Positions 36,346-46,200 of a DNA stretch of 64,000 bases are shown piece after piece; the first letter of the stretch is position 1; every line of letters starts with the position of its first letter. Both the position numbers and the translations under genes were made by a program. Source of the stretch: an uncultured Pirellulales bacterium (GTDB lineage: Bacteria; Planctomycetota; Phycisphaerae; Sedimentisphaerales; Anaerobacaceae); NCBI GenBank assembly GCA_964575615.1, contig CAZNSM010000002.1:5862-69861 (forward strand), read 5' to 3'. The notes under the pieces were generated by a model. That model made no database searches. It was not told where the DNA came from and worked only from the letters and a program-made list of their open reading frames with translations.

Positions 36346-37102
36346 GCCGGTCGGCACGCGGGCGTACTTCGACGAGGTGGAAGCCCGCAAGTATTTCGTG
36401 GAGCCGCACATCCCGGCCTTCGCCCAGTTCGATCGGTGGGCGGGCAAGAAGGTGCTGGAAATCGGTTGCGGCATCGGGACCGATACGATGGGCTTCGCCC
36501 GGGCGGGCGCCCAAGTCACGGCGGTGGACCTGTCCGATGCGTCGCTGGCGGTGGCGAAGGAACGCGCATCGGTCTTCGGTCTGGCCGATCGCATCCGGTT
36601 CTATCAGGCGAACGTCGAGCGGCTCAGCGAGTCCGTCCCGGTCGAGGAATACGACCTGGTCTACTCCTTCGGCGTCATTCATCACACGCCGCACCCGCAG
36701 GACGCCATCCGCGAGATTCGCAAGTACATGGGACCGCAGAGCGTGTTCAAGATGATGGTGTACCATCGCCATTCCTGGAAGGTGCTCTGGATCCTGCTGA
36801 AGTTCGGGAAAGGGGCCTTCTGGAAGCTCGACGAGCTGATTGCCCGCCACTCCGAGGCCCAGACGGGTTGCCCGGTGACGTACAGCTACTCCCGCCGGAC
36901 CGTGCGCGACCTGTTGCAGGGATTCCGCGTCCGCGCCGCCAGGGTGGACCACATCTTCCCCTACTCGATCCCGGAATACCGGCAGCACAAATACAGGAAG
37001 GTGTGGTACTTCCGCATCCTGCCCGCATGGGCATTTCGCCGGCTGGAACAGAGCCTGGGTTGGCATCTCCTGGTGGATGCCGCGCCGGCAGACAGGTTGT
37101 GA
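36254..37102 (+). CDS. Class I SAM-dependent methyltransferase (282 aa)
   Basis: Motif I 'VLEIGCGIGTDTMGFARAGAQVTAVDLS', followed by 'YDLVYSFGVIHHTP'. Confidence 0.85.
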   Translation: MTVAQTFSTRTVEDVRRYWNARPCNIRHSPKPVGTRAYFDEVEARKYFVEPHIPAFAQFDRWAGKKVLEIGCGIGTDTMGFARAGAQVTAVDLSDASLAVAKERASVFGLADRIRFYQANVERLSESVPVEEYDLVYSFGVIHHTPHPQDAIREIRKYMGPQSVFKMMVYHRHSWKVLWILLKFGKGAFWKLDELIARHSEAQTGCPVTYSYSRRTVRDLLQGFRVRAARVDHIFPYSIPEYRQHKYRKVWYFRILPAWAFRRLEQSLGWHLLVDAAPADRL

Positions 37103-37104
37103 CC

Positions 37105-39441
37105 ATGATGACTATCACCCGCGTCAGTCCCGCAGATCGACCGGCTCCGGTCGTCGAGAAGATCCCTCTGAACCCGGAGGGGCGTCGCTCTCCGATTCAA
37201 CGGATGAAAGACCTCCCGACGATCCAGTTGTTTGCGTCGACGTACTGCAACCTGAAGTGCCCGTATTGCAGTCAGGGACAGCGTCGCAAGCCGGAATTGG
37301 CGGAGGACTTCCTGTCTGACCCGGCTTTGCTGCGCGCGCTGGAACAATGGCAGCCGACGCACTTCTATGTCAGCGGCGGCGAACCCCTGTTGCATCCGGG
37401 CCTGACCCGCTTCCTGCAAAAGGCGGCGCAGTGCCACCACTATGTTTCGTTCGACACCAACGGAGTGGTGCCGACGGAGACCGTCAGCGAGATCCTCGAC
37501 GTCTTTCCGCACGAGCAGTTCGGGTTCTTCAATATCAGCCATCATCTGCTGGCGGGCGTCAAGCTCGGGCACATCACGCCCCTGATCTCGCGCCTGAAGC
37601 AGGCCGGCATCCCGCATTTCGTCAAGTACATCGGCGCCCCGGAGAGCATCGGGACCATCCGCGACCACATGCGGTCGCTCCAGAAGGAGCAGGTGGGCGT
37701 CGCGGTAACTCTGCTGGAGACCTATGCCAACCCCTGGCGGGGCCGGCATCTGCCGCGAGACTACAGCGAGCAGGAACTGCGCGATTTGCTGGAGCTGGTC
37801 ACGCTCGACGTGCACGGGATGCAATTCTTTGGAGGGATCGAGAGCCAGGGGCTGCCGTGCTCGGCCGGGTACAGGTACTTCACGCTGAACATGCGCGAGC
37901 AGCGCGAGCTGTGCGCGTGCTGCCATCGCTCCGATCCGGTCGATTGGAAGCAGACCGTCTTCCTGCGGCCCGCGGCGACAAAGACCATGTATCCTTGCAC
38001 GACGTCGAAGTGCCTGGGTGACCTGATGTTCATTATCGGTTGCCAGGGCCTCGGCGATGAAATCGATCGATTCGAACAGGTGTGTCGCGGGATCTCTCCG
38101 CCCGTCGGGATCGAGTCGGTCCTGCGCTATACGAAGGCCATCGCGCAGCAGCGTCGTCTTGTGCTCCAGGACCGGTTCGACGCCTTCTGCCAGCGATTCC
38201 ACAGCGAGCGGACCGCGCCACAGCCGGAGGCGCCTTGTGCTGCCGTCGCCGCTGGGCCCGCCCCGTTCCGTGAGAAGGTCCTGTCGCCTGAATCGGCGAA
38301 GGGCACAAAGAAGCTCTCCGAGTATCTTGTCGCCTTCCATTCGCTGGCGCAGAAGAGCGAGGCGGAAATCCAGCAGATCTTCCGCGCCATCCCGTTGCGA
38401 GGATACTACTACGATCAGCGACGTTGGCCCGGGTGGCAGAAGCACAACCAGTTGAAGTACTTCCTCAACAAGGCGTACGGCTTCCCGATGAAGTTCAACG
38501 TCGAGGTGGCGACCCAGTGCGTCTTCAAATGCGAGTTCTGCGTGCTGCACAGCGGCCGGCTGGCGCAGAAACGAACCCAGCGCTTCCTTCGCTTCGAGGA
38601 CTTCGCCCGGCTGTTCCTTCAGATCCAGCCGTTTGTGACGCACGTCGAGTTCACCGGAGGCGAGCCTCTGCTGAACGCGGATCTCGGCAAGATGGTCCGC
38701 TTGTGCAACGACTGGAGCGTCAAGACGGTCATTGCCACGAATGCCAAGCTGCTCGACGAGAAACGGATCGACGCGCTGCTGACGGACCCGCCGTCGGAGC
38801 TGCTGGTCGCCTATGAAACCGGGCAGGTCGAAGCCTACGAGAAACATCGCCGCGGCGGCAACCTGGAACTGCTTGTCCACAACATCAAAGGGTTCGTCGA
38901 GGAGCGCAACCGGCGGGGGCAGCCGTCTCCTCGCGTGAAGCTCCAGACCGTGGTCAGCCGCGAAACCGTGTCGCACATGGAGGAGTTCTGGAGGGACGCG
39001 GAACTGCTGGGTGTCGACGAAGCCTGCTCCAAGCCCATCTTTGTCTGGCCCGATGGGGACGATGCGCACTGGCAGATGATGAAGGACAAGTACCTGATCC
39101 CGAACCACCCGCTGAGCTACTACCGAGCCGATGCCCAGGGTCGCCTGCTGCCGACGGGGCGGGAAGGGTTCTGCCCGAACGTCGAGAACGTGCACGTCGG
39201 CGCCGGCGGCGAAGTGGTTCCCTGCTGGTATAACCTCCTGGCGTCGCCGTCGATGGGCAACGCGCTGACCGAGTCGTTCGTCGACATCTGGTTCTCGCCG
39301 ACGTACGATCAGTTCCGCCAGCGCATGGTCGCCCACACCGCCTACGAGCACGGCTGCAAATACTGCATCGGCGTCCATGATCCGAAGTTGTTCGAAACCA
39401 GAGTCTTCGCCGGCAAGACGGAGTCGAAGGTTCCGGCATGA
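37105..39441 (+). CDS. Fusion of two radical-SAM domains, each with a Cys-rich SPASM/twitch-like extension (about 778 aa)
   Basis: Two CxxxCxxC clusters ('STYCNLKCPYCS' and 'ATQCVFKCEFCV') and two Gly-rich SAM-binding-like motifs ('FYVSGGEPLLHP' and 'VEFTGGEPLLNAD'). Cys-rich tails are present ('CACCHRS...', 'GEVVPCWYN...HGCKYCIG'). The ATG at 37105 lies 2 nt after the previous stop. Confidence 0.85.
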   Translation: MMTITRVSPADRPAPVVEKIPLNPEGRRSPIQRMKDLPTIQLFASTYCNLKCPYCSQGQRRKPELAEDFLSDPALLRALEQWQPTHFYVSGGEPLLHPGLTRFLQKAAQCHHYVSFDTNGVVPTETVSEILDVFPHEQFGFFNISHHLLAGVKLGHITPLISRLKQAGIPHFVKYIGAPESIGTIRDHMRSLQKEQVGVAVTLLETYANPWRGRHLPRDYSEQELRDLLELVTLDVHGMQFFGGIESQGLPCSAGYRYFTLNMREQRELCACCHRSDPVDWKQTVFLRPAATKTMYPCTTSKCLGDLMFIIGCQGLGDEIDRFEQVCRGISPPVGIESVLRYTKAIAQQRRLVLQDRFDAFCQRFHSERTAPQPEAPCAAVAAGPAPFREKVLSPESAKGTKKLSEYLVAFHSLAQKSEAEIQQIFRAIPLRGYYYDQRRWPGWQKHNQLKYFLNKAYGFPMKFNVEVATQCVFKCEFCVLHSGRLAQKRTQRFLRFEDFARLFLQIQPFVTHVEFTGGEPLLNADLGKMVRLCNDWSVKTVIATNAKLLDEKRIDALLTDPPSELLVAYETGQVEAYEKHRRGGNLELLVHNIKGFVEERNRRGQPSPRVKLQTVVSRETVSHMEEFWRDAELLGVDEACSKPIFVWPDGDDAHWQMMKDKYLIPNHPLSYYRADAQGRLLPTGREGFCPNVENVHVGAGGEVVPCWYNLLASPSMGNALTESFVDIWFSPTYDQFRQRMVAHTAYEHGCKYCIGVHDPKLFETRVFAGKTESKVPA

Positions 39442-40277
39442 TCGCTATTCGCGAATACGATACGAAAGTCGCGGTGCCCACGACGCCTCCTGACGACGAA
39501 GGATGGATCCGGCAGTGGCACGGGCTGTACATGCTGGCCGAATCGTTCTCGCAGGAGAGTTGGCAGGGTCACGCGCAGTTGTTTTCGGGTCCTTCCTATC
39601 CGGCGCACGCACTGGAGGCCTTTGCCCTGATCTCGATCCTGCGTCACTTTGCTGGGCTCGATCGCTTCCACTTCATCGAACTGGGCAGCGGGCGGTCACC
39701 CTGGTGCCTGACCGTGGCCAGCGTGGTCGCGAACCGCCTGTTCGAGACGCGAATCGCTGACTACTTCGCGCTGGCGGTCGAGGCGGAGCCGCATCATTAC
39801 ATCTGGTCGGCGCTGCACTTTCTGCGACAGGACATTCACGGCGAGGTCGTTCACGGCGCGGTGGGCCGCAGCCGAGGGACCTGTCGTTTCAAGGCCGACA
39901 CCGACCCGGCGGCCCACATGGGACAGGCGGTCCGGCCCGACGGCAACATCGTGGTCGAATGCTACACGATCGAGGACCTGATGCGCGTCCACGGTCTGGC
40001 GCGCGTTCACGCAGTGCACATGGACATCCAGGGCGAGGAGGTCAACGCGGTGATCGGAGCGCAATCCTCGCTGGACGCCATCGACTTCTTTATCATTGGA
40101 ACGCACGGATCGCAGATCGAAGCCGAACTGAAACGATGGCTCGGGCGCACGCATCGGCTGGTGCTGGAGCTGCCGCGAGGTGGATCGCTGCACCTGGCCG
40201 GCATCGATCGGCCCTTCGTCTCTGCGGATGACGGCGTTCAAGTTTATCAGCGAGAAGCATTGTGTCGGGGAACCTGA
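39438..40277 (+). CDS. FkbM-family methyltransferase-like protein (279 aa)
   Basis: 'FIELGSGRSPW' and 'VHAVHMDIQGEEVNAVIGA' resemble FkbM-family motifs. ATGA overlap with the upstream stop. Confidence 0.7.
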   Translation: MIAIREYDTKVAVPTTPPDDEGWIRQWHGLYMLAESFSQESWQGHAQLFSGPSYPAHALEAFALISILRHFAGLDRFHFIELGSGRSPWCLTVASVVANRLFETRIADYFALAVEAEPHHYIWSALHFLRQDIHGEVVHGAVGRSRGTCRFKADTDPAAHMGQAVRPDGNIVVECYTIEDLMRVHGLARVHAVHMDIQGEEVNAVIGAQSSLDAIDFFIIGTHGSQIEAELKRWLGRTHRLVLELPRGGSLHLAGIDRPFVSADDGVQVYQREALCRGT

Positions 40278-42334
40278 GAACCCAGGAGCCAACTCCTCCC
40301 TGGCGTCTGGGCGAAGACGTGAAGACCGAACGGCTCCTTGCCTATCTGGCGGAGTGCTCGGACCGGTTGCGAGCCGCGCTCGGACGGCAGGACCACGTCG
40401 GCATTTGCAGCGCTTTGCGCGAACACGTCTATCGCGTGGTCAACTGGTCCAACTGCGGGCTCAACACCAGGCGTTTCTTCCACCGGTTCGCGGACGTCTC
40501 GATTTCGGATCTGATCCTGCTTTCCCATGCCAAGGAAGTCGGGTTCCTGTGCGGGGGCACGTCGGAGTTCCTGCGGAAACTCTACGTCGCCCTCGGGTAT
40601 GACGCATACGTCTACAATTACGGTCTGCCGGGCGTATCCACGCACGTGACGACCCTGGTGATGATACCCTGCGGCCGCGAGACCATGCCGGTGTTTCAGG
40701 ACGCCACGTTCAATTTCACTCTTGAAGCGAAAGGCACATCCGACGCCGTTGCTGTGTTTCGGGCGGTTGCGCGGGCAGATTTCGCCGATCTGCGCATTGT
40801 CAAGGGCGCCATCGGGCCGAGGAATATCTATTTCCTCGCGGATGCCGTCCATGAGTCGTTTGATTACTACCAGGCGAACGATGTCTTCCTCGGTCCGGCC
40901 CGGGCGGAGCGGTCGGCCATCACGCACACGAACCTGCTGGTGGCGCCGGCGGACCTCGACTACGACACGAGCTACCGAAGGCGAAGAGAGGCAGGCGTGC
41001 TCGATGCCCTTTCCGCACGATTGGGTCGTCCACGTTCGGAGGTCCATCTCTCGCAACTGATGCTCTTCCCGATCGACATCGGCCCGACCCACCGAGCCGA
41101 CCACCGCAGAGTGTTTGACACGTTGCTGACGATCGCGGCCGAGGCGCGGAAAGCCTCGTGCCCGCAGGAAGGTGGCGCGACAGAGGATACAGGGAGTGTC
41201 CCGATGAACGTTGGACAGATGGTCAGTGCCGGCATCGACATGTACCACAAGGGCGACGTGCCCAACGCCACGAGCGTGTTCCGTCACGCGGTGGCGGCCG
41301 ATCCCGAGCACGCGAATGCGTGGAACAACCTGGGCGTGCTGCTGGTCCAGCAGAACCAGATCTCCGAGGGCCTGCGTTGTTTCCAGAACGCCTTTCGGAG
41401 GGACCGCACCAACGGCGCCCTCGTGTCGAACTACGTCAGCGTGTTGCGCAAAGCCGGTCGGTCGGATGAGGCCCACGACGTCGTCGATCAGTATCTTCGG
41501 GCCGGCGGCGATCCGCAGCGCTTCGGCGGCGTGGCCGACAAACCGGCCGAAGCGCCCGCCGATTCTATGCCCCTCGACGACAGGACTGTTCCCTTCGTTC
41601 CGGTCCAGGAACTGCACCGCGCCCTCGGATTCCAGACGCCGATCGAGTACCCCGCGTCGTCGCTGACCAAATCGCTCAGCGCCTGGAAGATGGAAATCGA
41701 CGACATGCCGATCTTCCGCTACCTCTATCGCCACTTTCGGCCGCGACGCCATCTGGAGTTCGGCACCTGGCAGGGCGCCGGCGTCGTCTACTGCCTCCAG
41801 GAGTGTGACGCCACCGTCTGGACGCTGAACCTGCCGTTCGGGGAATCGCAACCCAACGGCGAGCCGGCCTATTCCGGCGACGGCGACTCCTACGGCCTGG
41901 GCACCTCGCTGGTAGGTGAATGGGCGCGGCGCATCGGGCTGCCCGAGCGGCGCGAACACCCGACGGACTCGTTCGGCTTCATCGGCCGCTTCTATCTGGA
42001 GAAGCAGCTTGGACATCGCGTCTGCCAGATCTTCTGCGATTCGCGGCAGTGGGACACCTCGAACTATCCGCCGGGGTTCTTCGACACGGCTCTCATCGAC
42101 GGCGGCCATTTCCCCGAGATCGTCGCCTCCGACAGCCGCAAGGCGCTGTCCCTGCTCCGGCCCGGCGGCCTGATCCTCTGGCACGATTTCTGCCCCTCGA
42201 TGCGCGACCGCAGTCCCGTGGTCCAGGGAGTGATGCAGGGCGTGGAAAGCATCCGTGACCTGCTTGCGGATCAGCTCGAACGATGGTTCTGGATCAAGCC
42301 CAGCCATATCCTCGTGGGGAGGAAGAAGGCATGA
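40262..42334 (+). CDS. Three-part protein: unknown N-domain + TPR + class I methyltransferase-like C-domain (690 aa)
   Basis: Central TPRs ('ANAWNNLGVLLVQQNQISEGLRCFQNAFRRD'). C-terminal 'HLEFGTWQGAGVVYCL...ALIDGGHFPEIVASDSRKALSLLRPGGLILWHDF' is methyltransferase-like. GTG start overlaps the upstream gene by 16 nt. Confidence 0.75.
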   Translation: MSGNLRTQEPTPPWRLGEDVKTERLLAYLAECSDRLRAALGRQDHVGICSALREHVYRVVNWSNCGLNTRRFFHRFADVSISDLILLSHAKEVGFLCGGTSEFLRKLYVALGYDAYVYNYGLPGVSTHVTTLVMIPCGRETMPVFQDATFNFTLEAKGTSDAVAVFRAVARADFADLRIVKGAIGPRNIYFLADAVHESFDYYQANDVFLGPARAERSAITHTNLLVAPADLDYDTSYRRRREAGVLDALSARLGRPRSEVHLSQLMLFPIDIGPTHRADHRRVFDTLLTIAAEARKASCPQEGGATEDTGSVPMNVGQMVSAGIDMYHKGDVPNATSVFRHAVAADPEHANAWNNLGVLLVQQNQISEGLRCFQNAFRRDRTNGALVSNYVSVLRKAGRSDEAHDVVDQYLRAGGDPQRFGGVADKPAEAPADSMPLDDRTVPFVPVQELHRALGFQTPIEYPASSLTKSLSAWKMEIDDMPIFRYLYRHFRPRRHLEFGTWQGAGVVYCLQECDATVWTLNLPFGESQPNGEPAYSGDGDSYGLGTSLVGEWARRIGLPERREHPTDSFGFIGRFYLEKQLGHRVCQIFCDSRQWDTSNYPPGFFDTALIDGGHFPEIVASDSRKALSLLRPGGLILWHDFCPSMRDRSPVVQGVMQGVESIRDLLADQLERWFWIKPSHILVGRKKA

Positions 42335-43170
42335 GAGTGCTGCAAGTCATGCCGAAGCGCAAAGGCGCCGGCAATATCCTGCTGCAATACCGCAACAAGG
42401 TCACGTCCAGCAACGGCGAAGACGGCATCATCGAGTACATCGCGGCGAGGATGAACGTCGCTCCGGGCTATTGCGTCGAATTCGGCGCCTGGGACGGCCG
42501 CCTGGGAAGCAACACGTGGAACCTTCTGAATCATCGAGAGTGGAAGGGCCTGCTGATCGAAGCGGACCCCGCCAAGTACGCCCAATTGGAGAACCTGTAC
42601 CGCAACCATCCCGGCGTGGTGACCGCCAACGCCTTCGTCGGCTGGCAGGGCGACGCGGCGCTGGACCGGCATTTGGAGCGGTACGGCGTGCCTGCCGACT
42701 TCGCACTGCTGAGCATCGACATCGACGGAAACGATTGGCACGTCTGGCGGTCTCTGACGCGGTTTCGGCCGCGGATCGTTGTGATCGAGTTCAACAACCA
42801 CGTTCCCAACGACATTCTCTTCATCCAGGAAGCGGATATCGCGGTGAACCAGGGCAGTTCACTTCTGGCGATGATCGAGCTGGGCAAGCAGAAGGGATAC
42901 GAGTTGGTCTGCACTCTGGGGTGCAACGCCTTCTTCGTGCCCCGGGAGTATTTTGCCCTGTTCGGCATCGAGAACAACCATATCGATGCCATGTTCGACG
43001 ACACGCGGACGGAAACGAGAGTGTTCCAGTGCTACGACGGTACGCTGGTCCTGGCGGGGAAGAAGTCGCTGAACTGGCACAAGATCGACTTCTGTGACGA
43101 GGACATCCAGATTCTGCCCGCTTCGCTGCGACGGTACGGCAAGCGGCTGGATGTCTCCCCCACGACCTGA
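42331..43170 (+). CDS. FkbM-like/SAM-methyltransferase-like protein (about 279 aa)
   Basis: 'SNGEDGIIEYI...YCVEFGAWDGRLGSNTWNL...WKGLLIEADP' and 'LLSIDIDGNDWHVW...PRIVVIEFN'. ATGA overlap with the upstream stop. Confidence 0.65.
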   Translation: MRVLQVMPKRKGAGNILLQYRNKVTSSNGEDGIIEYIAARMNVAPGYCVEFGAWDGRLGSNTWNLLNHREWKGLLIEADPAKYAQLENLYRNHPGVVTANAFVGWQGDAALDRHLERYGVPADFALLSIDIDGNDWHVWRSLTRFRPRIVVIEFNNHVPNDILFIQEADIAVNQGSSLLAMIELGKQKGYELVCTLGCNAFFVPREYFALFGIENNHIDAMFDDTRTETRVFQCYDGTLVLAGKKSLNWHKIDFCDEDIQILPASLRRYGKRLDVSPTT

Positions 43171-43223
43171 CGAACGAGGACGCACACCCGGGACAGCGCG
43201 ATGCGAAGGCCCGAGAAGTGAGG

Positions 43224-46200
43224 ATGCACGCAGTGAACGATACACCCTACTTGAGCGTGGTGGCCACGTCGCGAAACGACGATCACGGCGGCAATCTGGT
43301 GCTGCGCATGCAGTTGTTCGTCCAGTGCCTGATGGCCCAGGCGAAGCGGCACCGCCTGAAGACGGAACTGATCCTGGTGGAATGGAATCCGCCCGCCGAC
43401 CGTCCCCGGCTGAGGGAGGCGCTGCGCTTCGACGCCCATCATCCGTTCTGCTCGGTGCGCATCGTCGAGGTCCCGGCGGCGATCCACGCTCGCTATCGGC
43501 ACGCGCAGGCCTTGCCGGTGTACCAGATGATCGCCAAGAACGTGGGCATTCGCCGGGCGCGCGGCCGTTTCGTCCTGGCGACGAACGTGGACATCGTGTT
43601 CTCCGATCCGCTGTTTGCCCGCCTGGCGAAGCAGGATCTTCAGTCCGGGCGCTGCTATCGCAGCATCCGCCACGATGTGGACAACGCATTGACGTCCGGG
43701 ATGCCTGTCGAAGCGGTCCTGGACTATTGCCAGAGCCATTTGATCCGCGTGAACCAGCGAGAGTGCTCGCTCAACGTGCGTGACGGGTCCAGACATGTCG
43801 TCTACCGTCCGGGTGTGAGTGAGGCGCAGCTTGGGCACCCGAAGCTGTTCACCAACGGTTGCGGCGATTTCACCCTTCTGGCGCAGGAGGACTGGTCTCG
43901 TCTGCGCGGCTACGCGGAACTGGACATGTTCTCCTTCCATCTGGATTCACTGTTCCTGCACTGTGCGTACTACGCCGGGATCGCCGAACACGTGTTTCCC
44001 GACGACCACGTGCACTACCACATCGAGCACCAGGAGGGGTGGACCCCGGAGATTCATCGCGACCGAACGCTGGACGCCCGGTTGGACAAGGGACAGATCG
44101 ATCGTCTGGACAACGCCTCCCTGCGCCGGCTGCTGGACCGCATGCGAAACGAGGGAAAACCGCTGATCTTCAACGACGCGAACTGGGGCCTGGCCAACGA
44201 CCATTTGGCCGAAGAGCGCGTGACCATTGCGGATTGGGAACGAACGGAACCGCAGGAGGCCGCGAGCGCGGGCAAAGCGGCCGATACAGCGTGGGCTAAA
44301 GCCCATCCTACGTATCTGAGCGTCGTGGTGACGACGCGGAACGATGACCACGGCGGGAATCACCTCCATCGGTTCCAGGTCTTCCTCGACCATCTGGCCG
44401 ACATGTGCGCGCGGCATCGCCTCGCGGCCGAGCTGATCGTGGTGGAATGGAACCCCGACCCCTCGCGGCCGTCGCTGGTCCAGGCGATGCGCTGGCCCGA
44501 TCCGTCGCGACTGGCGAGCCGGGTGATCGTTGTTCCTCCTGAGATTCATCGATCGTACCGGAACTCCGACAAGTTCCCGTTGTTCCAGATGATCGCCAAG
44601 AACGTGGGAATTCGGCGGGCCCGAGGGCAATACGTTCTGGCGACCAACATGGACGTGCTCTTCTCTGACGAACTGGCCGCCTGGCTGGCCCGGCGGGAGC
44701 TGCGGGAGGACTGTGTCTACCGCATCGACCGGCACGATGTGGGCCAGACCGCGATCCCGTCGGGATTGTCGCGCGACGAGGTCCTGGAGTTCTGCGCCCG
44801 TCACGTGGTGCGCGTCCACGGGCAGCATGGCACCTGTGCGTGGGGCGATCCGCCGCGGGTCGGCGATCCGGACCGACTGCACAGCCATGCCTGCGGCGAC
44901 TTCACCCTGATGGCGCGCACCCAGTGGGAGCGGCTCAAAGGCTATCCGGAATTCCCCCTGTGGTCGATCTATCTGGACGGCCTGCTGCTTCATGCGGCGC
45001 GCGCCGTCGGTCTGGAGCAGAAGATCCTTCGCGAGCCACTGCGCCTCTACCATGTCGAGCATTCGCTCGGCTGGGCGGTGAACCAGGACACCGTCAAAGA
45101 GCGACCGAGCCTGGATTACCACAAGGAATACCAGCCCCTGTGCGCGGAGATGCTGCGTACTCACAAGGCGCTGGACGTGAATTCGGAGAACTGGGGCCTG
45201 AAGGATAAGGCGCTGGAAGAGTGTGAGCCTGGAGCGCGCGGTTTGCCGCCGGCGTCGATGACGTGCACTGCCGGCGAGCGGCCGGACGGCTTGTCGGACA
45301 AGATCGTCCGCTCCTGGATCGACCGCATCAGCTCCACGGAGAATCGACTCTACTACCGAGACCAGTCCGCACAGACCCTGATCGCTCTGGCCCGCTATGC
45401 CCGCACAATGAATCCCACGGTGGTCGTGGAGCTGGGAACGCTGGCCGGGCTTTCGCTGCGCACCTGGATCGCCGCGGCCGAACGCGCCAGGATCTACGCG
45501 GTCGATCTGAGCTTCCAGACCTTGCAGGAGACCGGACGCGTTCTGCCCCTGGACCTGTCGCGCGTCACTCTGCTGGAGCAGGACATCCTCAAGACGGATT
45601 TTGCATCCCTCTGGACCGCGCAGGACCGGGTGATCTTCTTCGTGGATGCGCACGATCTGCCCGGCGTGCCGATCATGGAGCACGTGCTGACGAGGGCGCT
45701 TCCGGCCTTGCCGGACGGCAGCCTGGTGGTCGTGGACGATCTGTGGTTCAGCGCCGAAAGACTGACGCGCGACAACGCCAAGGCGTTTCTGGACAGCCGC
45801 GTGGTTGCAGAGATCGACGAGCTGCAATGCTTCGAAGGGTATTACGCGCCGTACCACGAAGGCGGCTCGTTCATGGGCTTTGCCGAGGTTATCCCGCTGC
45901 TGAAATTCGTCAACGCGCACGGCATTCTGCTGGCCTGCGAGAAAGGGGGCAAGCAGGTCTCGTTCGTGTGGCGAAGCGCCTTGCGAGAGGCAGTCAGATC
46001 GCGCGGGGCAGGTTCAACGGAGCCGGCCGAGTGCTACGGTTCGGTGTTGCACAATCCGCTGACCTCTGTTCCCGTGCCGGCGCCGCTGCGGGAAATGATG
46101 GACGGCCTCGCCCAGGAGTACCGGCAGAAGAAGATCGTGCCGGTAGCGGAACGCCTGGCCAGGCTCCTGGAGCAGTATCCCAACGATCCGGGTTTGTCCT

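Noticed and set aside
36961-39378. 805-aa minus-strand ORF
   Set aside because: It is antisense to the double radical-SAM gene and has shadow-ORF composition.
40247-42307. 686-aa minus-strand ORF. The ORFs at 32066-33334, 34927-36594, 30528-32234 and 33817-34725 on the minus strand are similar.
   Set aside because: They are antisense to island genes with clear TPR, GT, dehydrogenase and methyltransferase motifs, and their composition is not protein-like.
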